Positions 25,216 to 32,717 of a stretch of DNA of 41,204 bases are shown here, piece after piece. Below the pieces are notes generated by a model. That model had not been told where the DNA came from and made no database searches. It was given only the letters and a program-made list of their open reading frames with translations. Within the stretch, counting starts at the first letter, position 1. Every line of letters starts with the position of its first letter. The DNA comes from a virus (taxonomy: Duplodnaviria; Caudoviricetes), in the IMG/VR virus record IMGVR_UViG_3300049455_000029, positions 1-41,204 of that record. One strand, written 5' to 3'. The position numbers and the translations under genes were made by a program.

Positions 25216-25890
25216 GTGAGCGTCCGACTCATGACGCTCGTGTGGGATATCCCGCTCAGCTGCTCACAGAAACTCGTCCTCTTGAAGCTCGCCGACAACG
25301 CCCACGACGACGGGCTGTCTGCAAGGCCCGGCGTACCCACGATCGCAACGCAATGCGGGCTCTCAATAAGAACGGTCCAATATGCTCTTCGGGACCTCGA
25401 AGAGACTGGTTTAATTGCCGCTACCCAATTTGCAGCCGGTGGCCGAGCATTGGTTACGGAGTACCGCCTCTTCCTAAGAAAGGGTGCAACTGGTGCGCAA
25501 GAAAGGGTGCAACTGGTGCGTGAGAATCCCGAAAAGGGTGCAACTGGTGCGCATAAGGGTGCAACTGGTGCGCTCGCGCGTGTTCCTTATGAACCATCAA
25601 GAACCGTAAGTACAGGGGCTGGCGCCCCCCTTAACGGCAATGAAGAGGACTCCACCCAAAACCTTGTCACCTTTTACGTCGAATCCTGCAACTCGTTTGG
25701 TTGGAATCCGTTGAGCCGATGGCGCAACCAAATTGCTAAACAAATCGCCGAGCTGCGAATCGAGAAGCCCCTGGACATCATTCGGTCGGCACTGAGAATC
25801 GCAGCGAACGAGCGCAAATCCCCGACGGCCCTCCCCCACGTCGTCGCCGACATTGAGGCAGGAAGGAGTAGCAGTGGGAAGAGTGCGTGA
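25216..25890 (+). CDS. Replication initiator (N-terminal HTH_36-like wHTH)
   Basis: KLVLLKLADNAHDDG..PGVPTIATQCGLSIRTVQYALRDLEETGLI; contains internal iterons like lambda O. Confidence 0.85.
   Translation: MSVRLMTLVWDIPLSCSQKLVLLKLADNAHDDGLSARPGVPTIATQCGLSIRTVQYALRDLEETGLIAATQFAAGGRALVTEYRLFLRKGATGAQERVQLVRENPEKGATGAHKGATGALARVPYEPSRTVSTGAGAPLNGNEEDSTQNLVTFYVESCNSFGWNPLSRWRNQIAKQIAELRIEKPLDIIRSALRIAANERKSPTALPHVVADIEAGRSSSGKSA
25480..25572 (+). repeat. Replication origin iterons, 4 x AAGGGTGCAACTGGTGCG
   Basis: Perfect 18-bp copies starting at 25480, 25503, 25534 and 25555 inside the initiator gene, in a lower-GC tract. Confidence 0.88.
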
Positions 25891-26260
25891 GGAAGAGATC
25901 CAGCGCGGCGGCCCCCGGGATGCCGGCCGGGCACGGGGCATGAGCTTCGACTGCGGGATCTGCAAGCGGCCGAAGGAGTGCCCGGGCCTGCCCACTGTCG
26001 CCGAGGACGGCCACACCCGGCTCCTGCCATCCGAGGTCGTCGAGGTCTACAACCTCCGGCGCTACGAGCACTACCTCCGGGACTTCACCTCCGAGGAGGA
26101 CCTGCGCCAGCACCTCGTGGACCGGGCGCACTACTGGGCAATCGACGAGCCGGGGCGCCTGGCCGAGATCCTCGCCGGCAACGACGCCACCCTCGCCTGG
26201 TGGCTCATCGCCCACCGCCGCCAGGTCGAGGCGCGGACTCAGGAACGGCTCCCGGCATGA
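25874..26260 (+). CDS. Hypothetical protein
   Basis: SD AAGGAG before GTG; high GC3; start uncertain (alternative ATG near 25940). Confidence 0.65.
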   Translation: MGRVREEEIQRGGPRDAGRARGMSFDCGICKRPKECPGLPTVAEDGHTRLLPSEVVEVYNLRRYEHYLRDFTSEEDLRQHLVDRAHYWAIDEPGRLAEILAGNDATLAWWLIAHRRQVEARTQERLPA

Positions 26261-26535
26261 AGCCGACTCCCCGCAAGGACCCCGTCTGGTGGAACGCCTG
26301 CGCCTTCTGCCCGGACGACACCCAGCCGCAGAACGGCCACCACGCCGGGTTCAACAACGCGTTCCGGCCCGACGATCTGACCGTCCTCGTGCTCTACGGC
26401 CGGCGCCGTCCTCGCCTCCGCCGAGTCCACCTGCTGTGCCTGCCCCTCGCCCTCGCCGCAGGAGTCGCCATGCCCCCGCTTGTGTCCCCACCCCCAGCCA
26501 CAGCGCAGGACACGCTCTTCGAGGCCACAGCATGA
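26257..26535 (+). CDS. Hypothetical protein
   Basis: ATGA coupling at both ends; CAFC..HLLC. Confidence 0.6.
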   Translation: MKPTPRKDPVWWNACAFCPDDTQPQNGHHAGFNNAFRPDDLTVLVLYGRRRPRLRRVHLLCLPLALAAGVAMPPLVSPPPATAQDTLFEATA

Positions 26536-26792
26536 GCGCGCCAGAGCACAGCATCCCGGCATGGTGGTCTGACGGCGTGAGCATCCCCGAGCGGACAATC
26601 CCGGCCCGCTGGTCGAAAGAAGACCCTGACGCACCGTCGGCCCTCGAGCTGGTCGAGCAACTGACGCAGGCTCTCTGGGGCTGGAGCGGCCCCCTCCCGT
26701 CGAACGTCGTCCGGCACTGGGCCGAGCTCCTGGAGGACATCGAAGACGGGACCTACCGGAACTGCCACGGGGATTGCGATGGTGCGTCATGA
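26532..26792 (+). CDS. Hypothetical protein
   Basis: ATGA coupling at both ends. Confidence 0.6.
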   Translation: MSAPEHSIPAWWSDGVSIPERTIPARWSKEDPDAPSALELVEQLTQALWGWSGPLPSNVVRHWAELLEDIEDGTYRNCHGDCDGAS

Positions 26793-27217
26793 CCCCCTCC
26801 GGCGCGGCCCACCAGATGCGCACCCGGACCAGGGGCCGGGCCATCTCCCGGCTGATCGAGGCCCACCGGGCAGAATTCGACGCCCTGGTGGCCGAAGAGC
26901 GAGCGCACGCCGAGGCCTGGCAGCGCCGTCTGAATCGTCACTCCGAGACGGTCTCGGTGACGCCGCTGGACGAGCCGAGGCAGCTGCGCCTAAGCCCATA
27001 CCCGCACTCCAGCGGACCTGACCGGCGAGAAGCCCGACGACGACGGGTGGTCGCCATGTGGCAAGTCGGCGCCACGCTCGACGAGATGGCTGAGGCAGCG
27101 GACTGCTCCAAGCGAACGATCGAACGCATTACCGCAGCCGAGGGACTTCGCTACGGCCGCGGCTCATCGCGTCGCAAGGTCGACGCCGAGGACAGGAGGC
27201 GCGCCAGTGGCGAGTGA
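26789..27217 (+). CDS. HTH DNA-binding protein
   Basis: C-terminal GATLDEMAEAADCSKRTIERI HTH. Confidence 0.65.
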   Translation: MTPSGAAHQMRTRTRGRAISRLIEAHRAEFDALVAEERAHAEAWQRRLNRHSETVSVTPLDEPRQLRLSPYPHSSGPDRREARRRRVVAMWQVGATLDEMAEAADCSKRTIERITAAEGLRYGRGSSRRKVDAEDRRRASGE

Positions 27218-29726
27218 CCCGAGCTACGAGGAGTTCCTCCGGGAGAAGTTCGACTTCCGCCAGTCCTTCGGCTTCGAGGTCGACCCGTTAGAGCTCTCGC
27301 CGATCCTCAAGCCTCACCAGGCCGACATCGTTCGCTGGGCCGCGGCCGGCGGCCGGCGGGCCATGTTCGAGTCCTTCGGGCTCGGCAAGGGCGTCCAGCA
27401 GCTCGAGATCTTGCGCCTCATCCTCGCCCGTGAGAATTGCCGCTGCCTGATCGTCTGCCCTCTCGGAGTGCGCCAGGAGTTCACCCGCGACGCCCGGGAC
27501 CTGCTCGGCATCGAGGTCACGTTTGTCCGCCGAACCGAGGAGGTTGGCGGGCCCGGGATCTACCTGACCAACTACGAGTCGGTCCGCGACGGGCGCCTTG
27601 ACCCCACCCTCTTCGACGCAGTTTCTCTCGACGAAGCCTCGGTTCTCCGGTCGTTCGGGTCGAAGACCTACCAGCGCTTTCTGGGACTCTTCTCGCACAC
27701 CAAGTACCGGTTCGTCGCCACCGCGACCCCCTCGCCGAACCGCTACAAGGAGCTGATCCACTACGCCGGGTTCCTGGGAGTCATGGACACCGGCCAGGCC
27801 CTCACTCGCTTCTTCCAGCGGGACTCGACGCACGCGAACAACCTCACGCTGTACCCCCACAAGACCGAAGAGTTCTTCCTCTGGCTGCACTCGTGGGCGA
27901 TCTTCCTGCAGCGGCCGTCCGAGCTTGGCTACTCGGACGAGGGCTACGATCTGCCGCCCCTCGACGTTCGCTGGCATGAGATCCCCGTCGAGGGTGACGG
28001 CGGCGAGGACCGAGACGGGCAGCGCCGCCTCATCCGTGATGCCACTCTCGGGGTGAGCCAGGCGGCGAGGGAAAAGAGAGACACTCTGGTCGAGAGGGTG
28101 GCCGCAGCAAAGGCGATCGTGGATGCCTCGCCCGACGATCACTTCATCCTGTGGCACGACTTGGAGGCCGAGCGCCGGGCGATCAAGGCGGCGATTCCCG
28201 GAGCCGTCGAGGTCTACGGGAACCTGGACCTGGACGTCCGGGAGGACCGCATTATCGGGTTTTCTGACGGCGACTTCCGGCTCCTGGCCACCAAGCCTGA
28301 GCTCTCCGGGAGCGGCTGCAACTTCCAACGCCACTGCCACCGCGAGATCTTCGTCGGCGTCGGTTTCAAGTTCAACGACTTCATTCAGAGCGTCCATAGG
28401 GTGCAGCGGTTCCTCCAAACCGAGCCGGTGGTCATCGACATCATCTACGCCGAGTCCGAGCGCGAGGTGGTGAAGATCCTGCGGCGGAAGTGGGCACAGC
28501 ACGAGGAGCTCACCGCGACGATGTCCGAGGTCATCCGTGAGCACGGCCTGAACCAGCTCTCCGTGACCGAGGCGCTGGACCGCTCGCTCGGCGTCGAACG
28601 GGTAGAGGCGTCCGGCGACGGATGGCTTGTGGCTTGCAACGACTGCGTGCCCGAGACGATGGCCATGGAGACGAACTCGGTGGATGCGATCGACACCAGC
28701 ATCCCGTTCGGCAATCACTACGAGTACGTGGCCGCCTACGAGGACTTCGGCCACACGGACGACCCTGAGCACTTCTGGCGCCAGATGGATTTCCTCACTC
28801 CCGAACTGCTGCGGGTGCTCCGCCCGGGCCGGGTCATGTGCTGGCACGTGAAGGACCGGATCCTGTTCGGGAACGTGACCGGGAACGGCTTCTCGACGGT
28901 AGCCCCCTTTCACGCCGAGGCGATCATGCACGGGATCCGCCACGGGTTCGAGTACATGGGCATGATCACGGTCGTTACCTATGTGGTCAAGGAGAACAAC
29001 CAGAGCTACCGCCTCGGATGGTCGGAGAACGCCAAGGACGGCTCCAAGATGGGTGTCGGCTCCCCCGAGTACGTCCTCATTTTCCGCAAGCCCCAGACCG
29101 ACCAGACGAAGGGCTACGCGGACGTCCCGGTGGTCAAGGACAAGGCGGACTACAGCCGCTCCCGGTGGCAGATCGACGCCCACGCCTTCTGGCGCAGCGA
29201 CGGCAATCGGGCGCTCACCGCTCGGGACCTTGAGGGGCTCAGCACCGCTCAGCGGATGCGGATCTTCGAGGAGTGGTCCCGCAACAACGTCTACAACTTC
29301 GAGGCCCACGTGAAGCTCGGCGAAGGGCTGGACGACATGGGCCAGCTCCCGGCGCACTTCATGGCCCTTGCCCCGCCCTCGACGCATCCCGACGTATGGA
29401 CCGACGTGGCCCGCATGCTCACGCTTAACACAGCGCAGTCCCAGCGCCGCCAGGCACTCCACGTGTGCCCGCTCCAGTTCGACATCGTGGACCGCCTGAT
29501 TGTCCGCTACAGCAATCCCGGCGACCTGATCTACGACCCGTTCGGGGGCCTGATGACGGTTCCCGTCCGGGCGCTGCGGGCCGGCCGCCGGGGACGTGCG
29601 GTCGAGCTCAACGCCGACTACTTCCGAGACGGCGTGCGTTACCTCGAGATCGAGGAACGCGGACTGAACGCCCCCACACTCTTCGATCTCGAGGATCTCC
29701 ACGACGGGGACGAGGTGCCGGCATGA
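27207..29726 (+). CDS. SNF2-like helicase domain fused to N4/N6 DNA methyltransferase (beta class)
   Basis: LKPHQ, GLGKG, LDEAS, TATPSPN, GCNFQ helicase motifs; MTase motif IV TSIPF before motif I YDPFGG. Confidence 0.88.
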   Translation: MASDPSYEEFLREKFDFRQSFGFEVDPLELSPILKPHQADIVRWAAAGGRRAMFESFGLGKGVQQLEILRLILARENCRCLIVCPLGVRQEFTRDARDLLGIEVTFVRRTEEVGGPGIYLTNYESVRDGRLDPTLFDAVSLDEASVLRSFGSKTYQRFLGLFSHTKYRFVATATPSPNRYKELIHYAGFLGVMDTGQALTRFFQRDSTHANNLTLYPHKTEEFFLWLHSWAIFLQRPSELGYSDEGYDLPPLDVRWHEIPVEGDGGEDRDGQRRLIRDATLGVSQAAREKRDTLVERVAAAKAIVDASPDDHFILWHDLEAERRAIKAAIPGAVEVYGNLDLDVREDRIIGFSDGDFRLLATKPELSGSGCNFQRHCHREIFVGVGFKFNDFIQSVHRVQRFLQTEPVVIDIIYAESEREVVKILRRKWAQHEELTATMSEVIREHGLNQLSVTEALDRSLGVERVEASGDGWLVACNDCVPETMAMETNSVDAIDTSIPFGNHYEYVAAYEDFGHTDDPEHFWRQMDFLTPELLRVLRPGRVMCWHVKDRILFGNVTGNGFSTVAPFHAEAIMHGIRHGFEYMGMITVVTYVVKENNQSYRLGWSENAKDGSKMGVGSPEYVLIFRKPQTDQTKGYADVPVVKDKADYSRSRWQIDAHAFWRSDGNRALTARDLEGLSTAQRMRIFEEWSRNNVYNFEAHVKLGEGLDDMGQLPAHFMALAPPSTHPDVWTDVARMLTLNTAQSQRRQALHVCPLQFDIVDRLIVRYSNPGDLIYDPFGGLMTVPVRALRAGRRGRAVELNADYFRDGVRYLEIEERGLNAPTLFDLEDLHDGDEVPA

Positions 29727-29905
29727 GCCCCAAGCCGAAGCCCCCGACCTGCGACCGCTGCGGCATCCAGGAAGGCTCCCGAAGCCGCAACAAGGTGCTC
29801 CCCGAGCGACTAGAGCTGATGCCGGTCGGAAAGCGCTCCTGGCTTCTCTGCCAGCGCTGCCGGGGCCTGATGGCCGAGCTCAAGCCGATCGAAAGACTGG
29901 CCTGA
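29723..29905 (+). CDS. Small Zn-finger protein
   Basis: CDRC and CQRC; coupled at both ends. Confidence 0.62.
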   Translation: MSPKPKPPTCDRCGIQEGSRSRNKVLPERLELMPVGKRSWLLCQRCRGLMAELKPIERLA

Positions 29906-30354
29906 TGGCCACCATTGTCGCCCTCATCACAACGGCGTTCGCCGTCCTGACGGCGCCCCCGGCCCCCACCGCTGCGGTAGCATCTCCCCAGGCTTCGAGC
30001 GGCACCGCCGGGAGTTTGCCGCCCCGGGACCTGGGCAAGTCGAGCGGCCCTGACAGCCGGGAAAGACCGGCCCTCGCCTCCTGGTACGTCCCGCGGCCCT
30101 CGGCCTGCTGGGATGCCCTAGGCCGCCATCCGCTGCTCCCAGGGCTCGTTGCCTATACCGCTCACCCGTCGCTGCCCTGTGGCACGCTGGTCGACGTATC
30201 CGGCCCTGCCGGCACCATCACCGTCCCAGTGGAAGACCACGGCCCCGAGGCGTGGACCGGCCGGGCGCTCGACCTCTCCCCCGCCGCCTTCCGGGCTGTG
30301 GCGGGCTCGCTGTCCGCCGGCGTGGTCCCCGTGACCTGGCGGGCCGCCCCATGA
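29905..30354 (+). CDS. Secreted RlpA-like double-psi beta-barrel protein
   Basis: Signal-like N-terminus; ASWY, AHPSLPCGT, VEDHGP, RALDLSPAAF motifs. Confidence 0.85.
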   Translation: MATIVALITTAFAVLTAPPAPTAAVASPQASSGTAGSLPPRDLGKSSGPDSRERPALASWYVPRPSACWDALGRHPLLPGLVAYTAHPSLPCGTLVDVSGPAGTITVPVEDHGPEAWTGRALDLSPAAFRAVAGSLSAGVVPVTWRAAP

Positions 30355-30373
30355 GCGTCGATCAGCCGGCAGT

Positions 30374-30667
30374 GTGAGCATCGAAGAGCACGTCTGGATC
30401 TGCTGCGACCACCCGGCCTGCGAGGCCAGGACCCCGGATCACGTCGATCGCCTGGAGGCCCGACGCTGGGCGGCAGATCACGGCTGGGTGCACCAGCATC
30501 CGTCCCGGGACCACTGCCCCACCCACGCCGGGAAAGAGCTTGTCCCGGCCGTACAGCCACCCCAGCGGCCCACAGGCTCGATGCTCGAGGACGGCGGCGG
30601 CTACTGGTCCGAGGAGGCCCGCAAGGCCCGCCTCGACACCGCCCTCAACCGGATCTTTCAGCACTGA
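30374..30667 (+). CDS. Hypothetical Cys/His protein
   Basis: CDHPAC and GW..DHCPTH motifs. Confidence 0.65.
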   Translation: MSIEEHVWICCDHPACEARTPDHVDRLEARRWAADHGWVHQHPSRDHCPTHAGKELVPAVQPPQRPTGSMLEDGGGYWSEEARKARLDTALNRIFQH

Positions 30668-30672
30668 CCGCG

Positions 30673-31437
30673 TCAGACGTCCAGCGGGACCTCGTAGACC
30701 AGGACGTGTCGGTCGGTCGGCAGCGTGAGGACGCGCACCTCCACTGGCTCGTCCTTGGCGTCACGGGCAGTCTGGATAGCGACCAGGACCGGGATCCCCG
30801 CAGCAAGCTGAAGCGCCTCAGCCTCCGCGGCTGTGGGCATCCGGGCGCCGACCTCTTCGGTCGCTCGCACCGCCTCGTGCCCCAGCTCCGCCATGATCCG
30901 GTTCGTCCCCCGCACGATGTCGACCGGCTGCACGATCTCCGTGCCCTCCACCATCCGCGTTGGGAACCACGAGTCCGTTAGCGCCACTGGCCCCCCGTCC
31001 ACGTATTGCACCCGCCGCCGCACGATGACCTCCTCGCCCTCAGCGAGCCCCAGCCGGGCCGCGATGTCATCCGGCGCAGCCAGCAGTTCAATCGTCACGT
31101 CCATCCGCACCGTCCGATGCGGTAGGTCCGTCCGGAGGGCATCGGCCTCGGACGCCTCGCGCCTCGAGCGAGCGTTGATCGTCGAGCGGTTCAACCGCAG
31201 CGGCACGCTTGTCGGATCAACCACGAAGCTCCCCCGCCCCTGACCTGTCTCAACGAGGCCCTCAGAGCGGAGTAGCCCAAGAGCTAGCCGCACCGTGATT
31301 CGGGAGACCTCATGGGTCTCGGTCAGCTCCGCTTCGCTCGGGAGCTTGGTGCCGGGGACCAGCTCCCCGGCCTGGATCTGACGGCGGATCTCATCGGCGA
31401 GCTGTCGGTACAGAGCGTTCGGACCGGTGGGGTTCAT
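30673..31437 (-). CDS. GntR/HutC-family repressor with UTRA domain, KorSA/TraR-like
   Basis: LYRQLADEIRRQI..LPSEAEL..VSRITVRLAL..QGRGSFV wHTH plus ARMPTAAEAEAL UTRA; divergent from a TraB-like operon. Confidence 0.9.
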   Translation of the reverse strand: MNPTGPNALYRQLADEIRRQIQAGELVPGTKLPSEAELTETHEVSRITVRLALGLLRSEGLVETGQGRGSFVVDPTSVPLRLNRSTINARSRREASEADALRTDLPHRTVRMDVTIELLAAPDDIAARLGLAEGEEVIVRRRVQYVDGGPVALTDSWFPTRMVEGTEIVQPVDIVRGTNRIMAELGHEAVRATEEVGARMPTAAEAEALQLAAGIPVLVAIQTARDAKDEPVEVRVLTLPTDRHVLVYEVPLDV

Positions 31438-31453
31438 CGTGGCCTTCCTCTCT

Positions 31454-31499
31454 GCCTGTCATGACAGGCTTGCCAACTTGTTATATGACACGGTACAAT
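31454..31499 (+). promoter_or_regulatory. Divergent kor/tra control region: palindromes plus sigma70-type promoter
   Basis: Perfect 16-bp palindrome GCCTGTCATGACAGGC (31454-31469); TTGCCA-N18-TACAAT (31470-31499) with near-palindrome TGTTATATGACA (31479-31490) in the spacer. Confidence 0.7.
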
Positions 31500-31566
31500 C
31501 GGGCACTTAGTACATCGTGATACATGTCCTAGCTTAGAGCGGGGCGGCCATGTGGGACAAGAGAAC

Positions 31567-31749
31567 ATGAGTACGGTAGAAAGCCTCCTTTCGGCCCTCT
31601 TCGCCCACGGCCCCCTGCCCGTAGCGGCCCTCGTGGTCGCCCTGCTCTGGTGGGCCTGCTCCCGGATCCTCCGCATCGTGCGGGCCGAAAGCCGCAATCC
31701 CCTGTTCGTAGCCCTGGTGCTCTGGCTCTGGTCCAGGCACCGCAGGTAG
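31567..31749 (+). CDS. Small membrane protein
   Basis: Two hydrophobic Trp-rich segments; first gene after the tra promoter. Confidence 0.55.
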   Translation: MSTVESLLSALFAHGPLPVAALVVALLWWACSRILRIVRAESRNPLFVALVLWLWSRHRR

Positions 31750-31770
31750 TTCCGAGAAAGGAGCAACGAG

Positions 31771-32250
31771 ATGCCCAGACGCACCGACGAAGAAGTGCGG
31801 CAGCACCACCAGGTCGCCCACGAGGACCCCGAGGCTTTTGGCGCTGGCCGGATCTTTTGCTCCTGCGGCTGGGCTTCCCCCATCGCCCCCAGCGCCGAGC
31901 GCATGGATGTCCTGGCCCGCCACGTAGAGCACGAGGTGAATGGCGAAGAGTGGTGCTGGGGCGACCAGGAGAAGGCCAGGCGGCGCTACCACGAGATCGA
32001 GAACGGCCGTCTGCGGGTGCCCTACGGCCCGGAGCAGAGCAACATCGGCGCTTTCGTCCAGGACGGCAAGGGCCATCTCTTCGAGGTCGAGGATGAGACG
32101 CCCGACGGCCGCCACGTCGTCATCAGCACCGGCCACGGAACCAGCATGGTCGACCTCGAGCTCGACGACGTCTTCCAGGTCCCCGATGCAGGCCTGGTAG
32201 CCGCGGCCGCCGCCCTCGACCCTGGTATCGACCTCCGGGTGCAGCCGTGA
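31771..32250 (+). CDS. Hypothetical protein
   Basis: SD AAGGAG; HHQ..CSCGW..H motif. Confidence 0.72.
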   Translation: MPRRTDEEVRQHHQVAHEDPEAFGAGRIFCSCGWASPIAPSAERMDVLARHVEHEVNGEEWCWGDQEKARRRYHEIENGRLRVPYGPEQSNIGAFVQDGKGHLFEVEDETPDGRHVVISTGHGTSMVDLELDDVFQVPDAGLVAAAAALDPGIDLRVQP

Positions 32251-32495
32251 GCCCCCTCGCCGCTTCCTGCGACACGGCAAGGACCGTGGCCGAGTGCCTG
32301 AACGCCCGGACCACCCCCACCATGGCCCAGTACGGATCGGACATCCCCGCCGCGGCGGCCCACATGATCGGCGCCTTCCTCGACGGCGGGCCCGCGTACT
32401 GGCTCGCCCTCCTGCTCGTGCTCTGGGTGCTCGGCAAGGTTCTCGGTTTCGCCCTGCTCCTCATCGCTGGCCCCAAAGAAAGGACCCACAGGTGA
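32247..32495 (+). CDS. Small membrane protein (Spd-like position)
   Basis: GTGA coupling; C-terminal TM segment. Confidence 0.62.
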   Translation: MSPLAASCDTARTVAECLNARTTPTMAQYGSDIPAAAAHMIGAFLDGGPAYWLALLLVLWVLGKVLGFALLLIAGPKERTHR

Positions 32496-32716
32496 AAACC
32501 TTCGTCAAGGCTCTCGTTGCTCTCTGTTTCGTTGGATGGGCGGCCCACAACCCCGCCCAGGTCCAGGCCGACGTTGGCCGCGTCATGTCCGCCGGCCAGG
32601 CACTCGTGAGCGCCGGGATGAACGCTGCAGGCTCCGCTGTCTCCGGCGTCAGCGGCGGCACGGGCGTCGCCCCCGCTCCCGCGGCCCCCGTGCCCGCCCC
32701 CACCTCGGCTCCCTGA
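32492..32716 (+). CDS. Small membrane or secreted protein (Spd-like position)
   Basis: SD AAGGA; MKTFVKALVALCFVGWAAHNPA; directly upstream of the FtsK gene. Confidence 0.65.
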   Translation: MKTFVKALVALCFVGWAAHNPAQVQADVGRVMSAGQALVSAGMNAAGSAVSGVSGGTGVAPAPAAPVPAPTSAP

Positions 32717-32717
32717 C

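Noticed and set aside
25480-25572. Possible mini-CRISPR array
   Set aside because: Repeats are 18 bp with 3-13 bp gaps, lie inside an initiator gene and no cas genes are present; iterons fit better
27288-29702. 804-aa minus-strand ORF (likewise 10272-12125 and 32649-34889)
   Set aside because: Each mirrors a well-supported plus-strand gene; typical GC-rich antisense artefact
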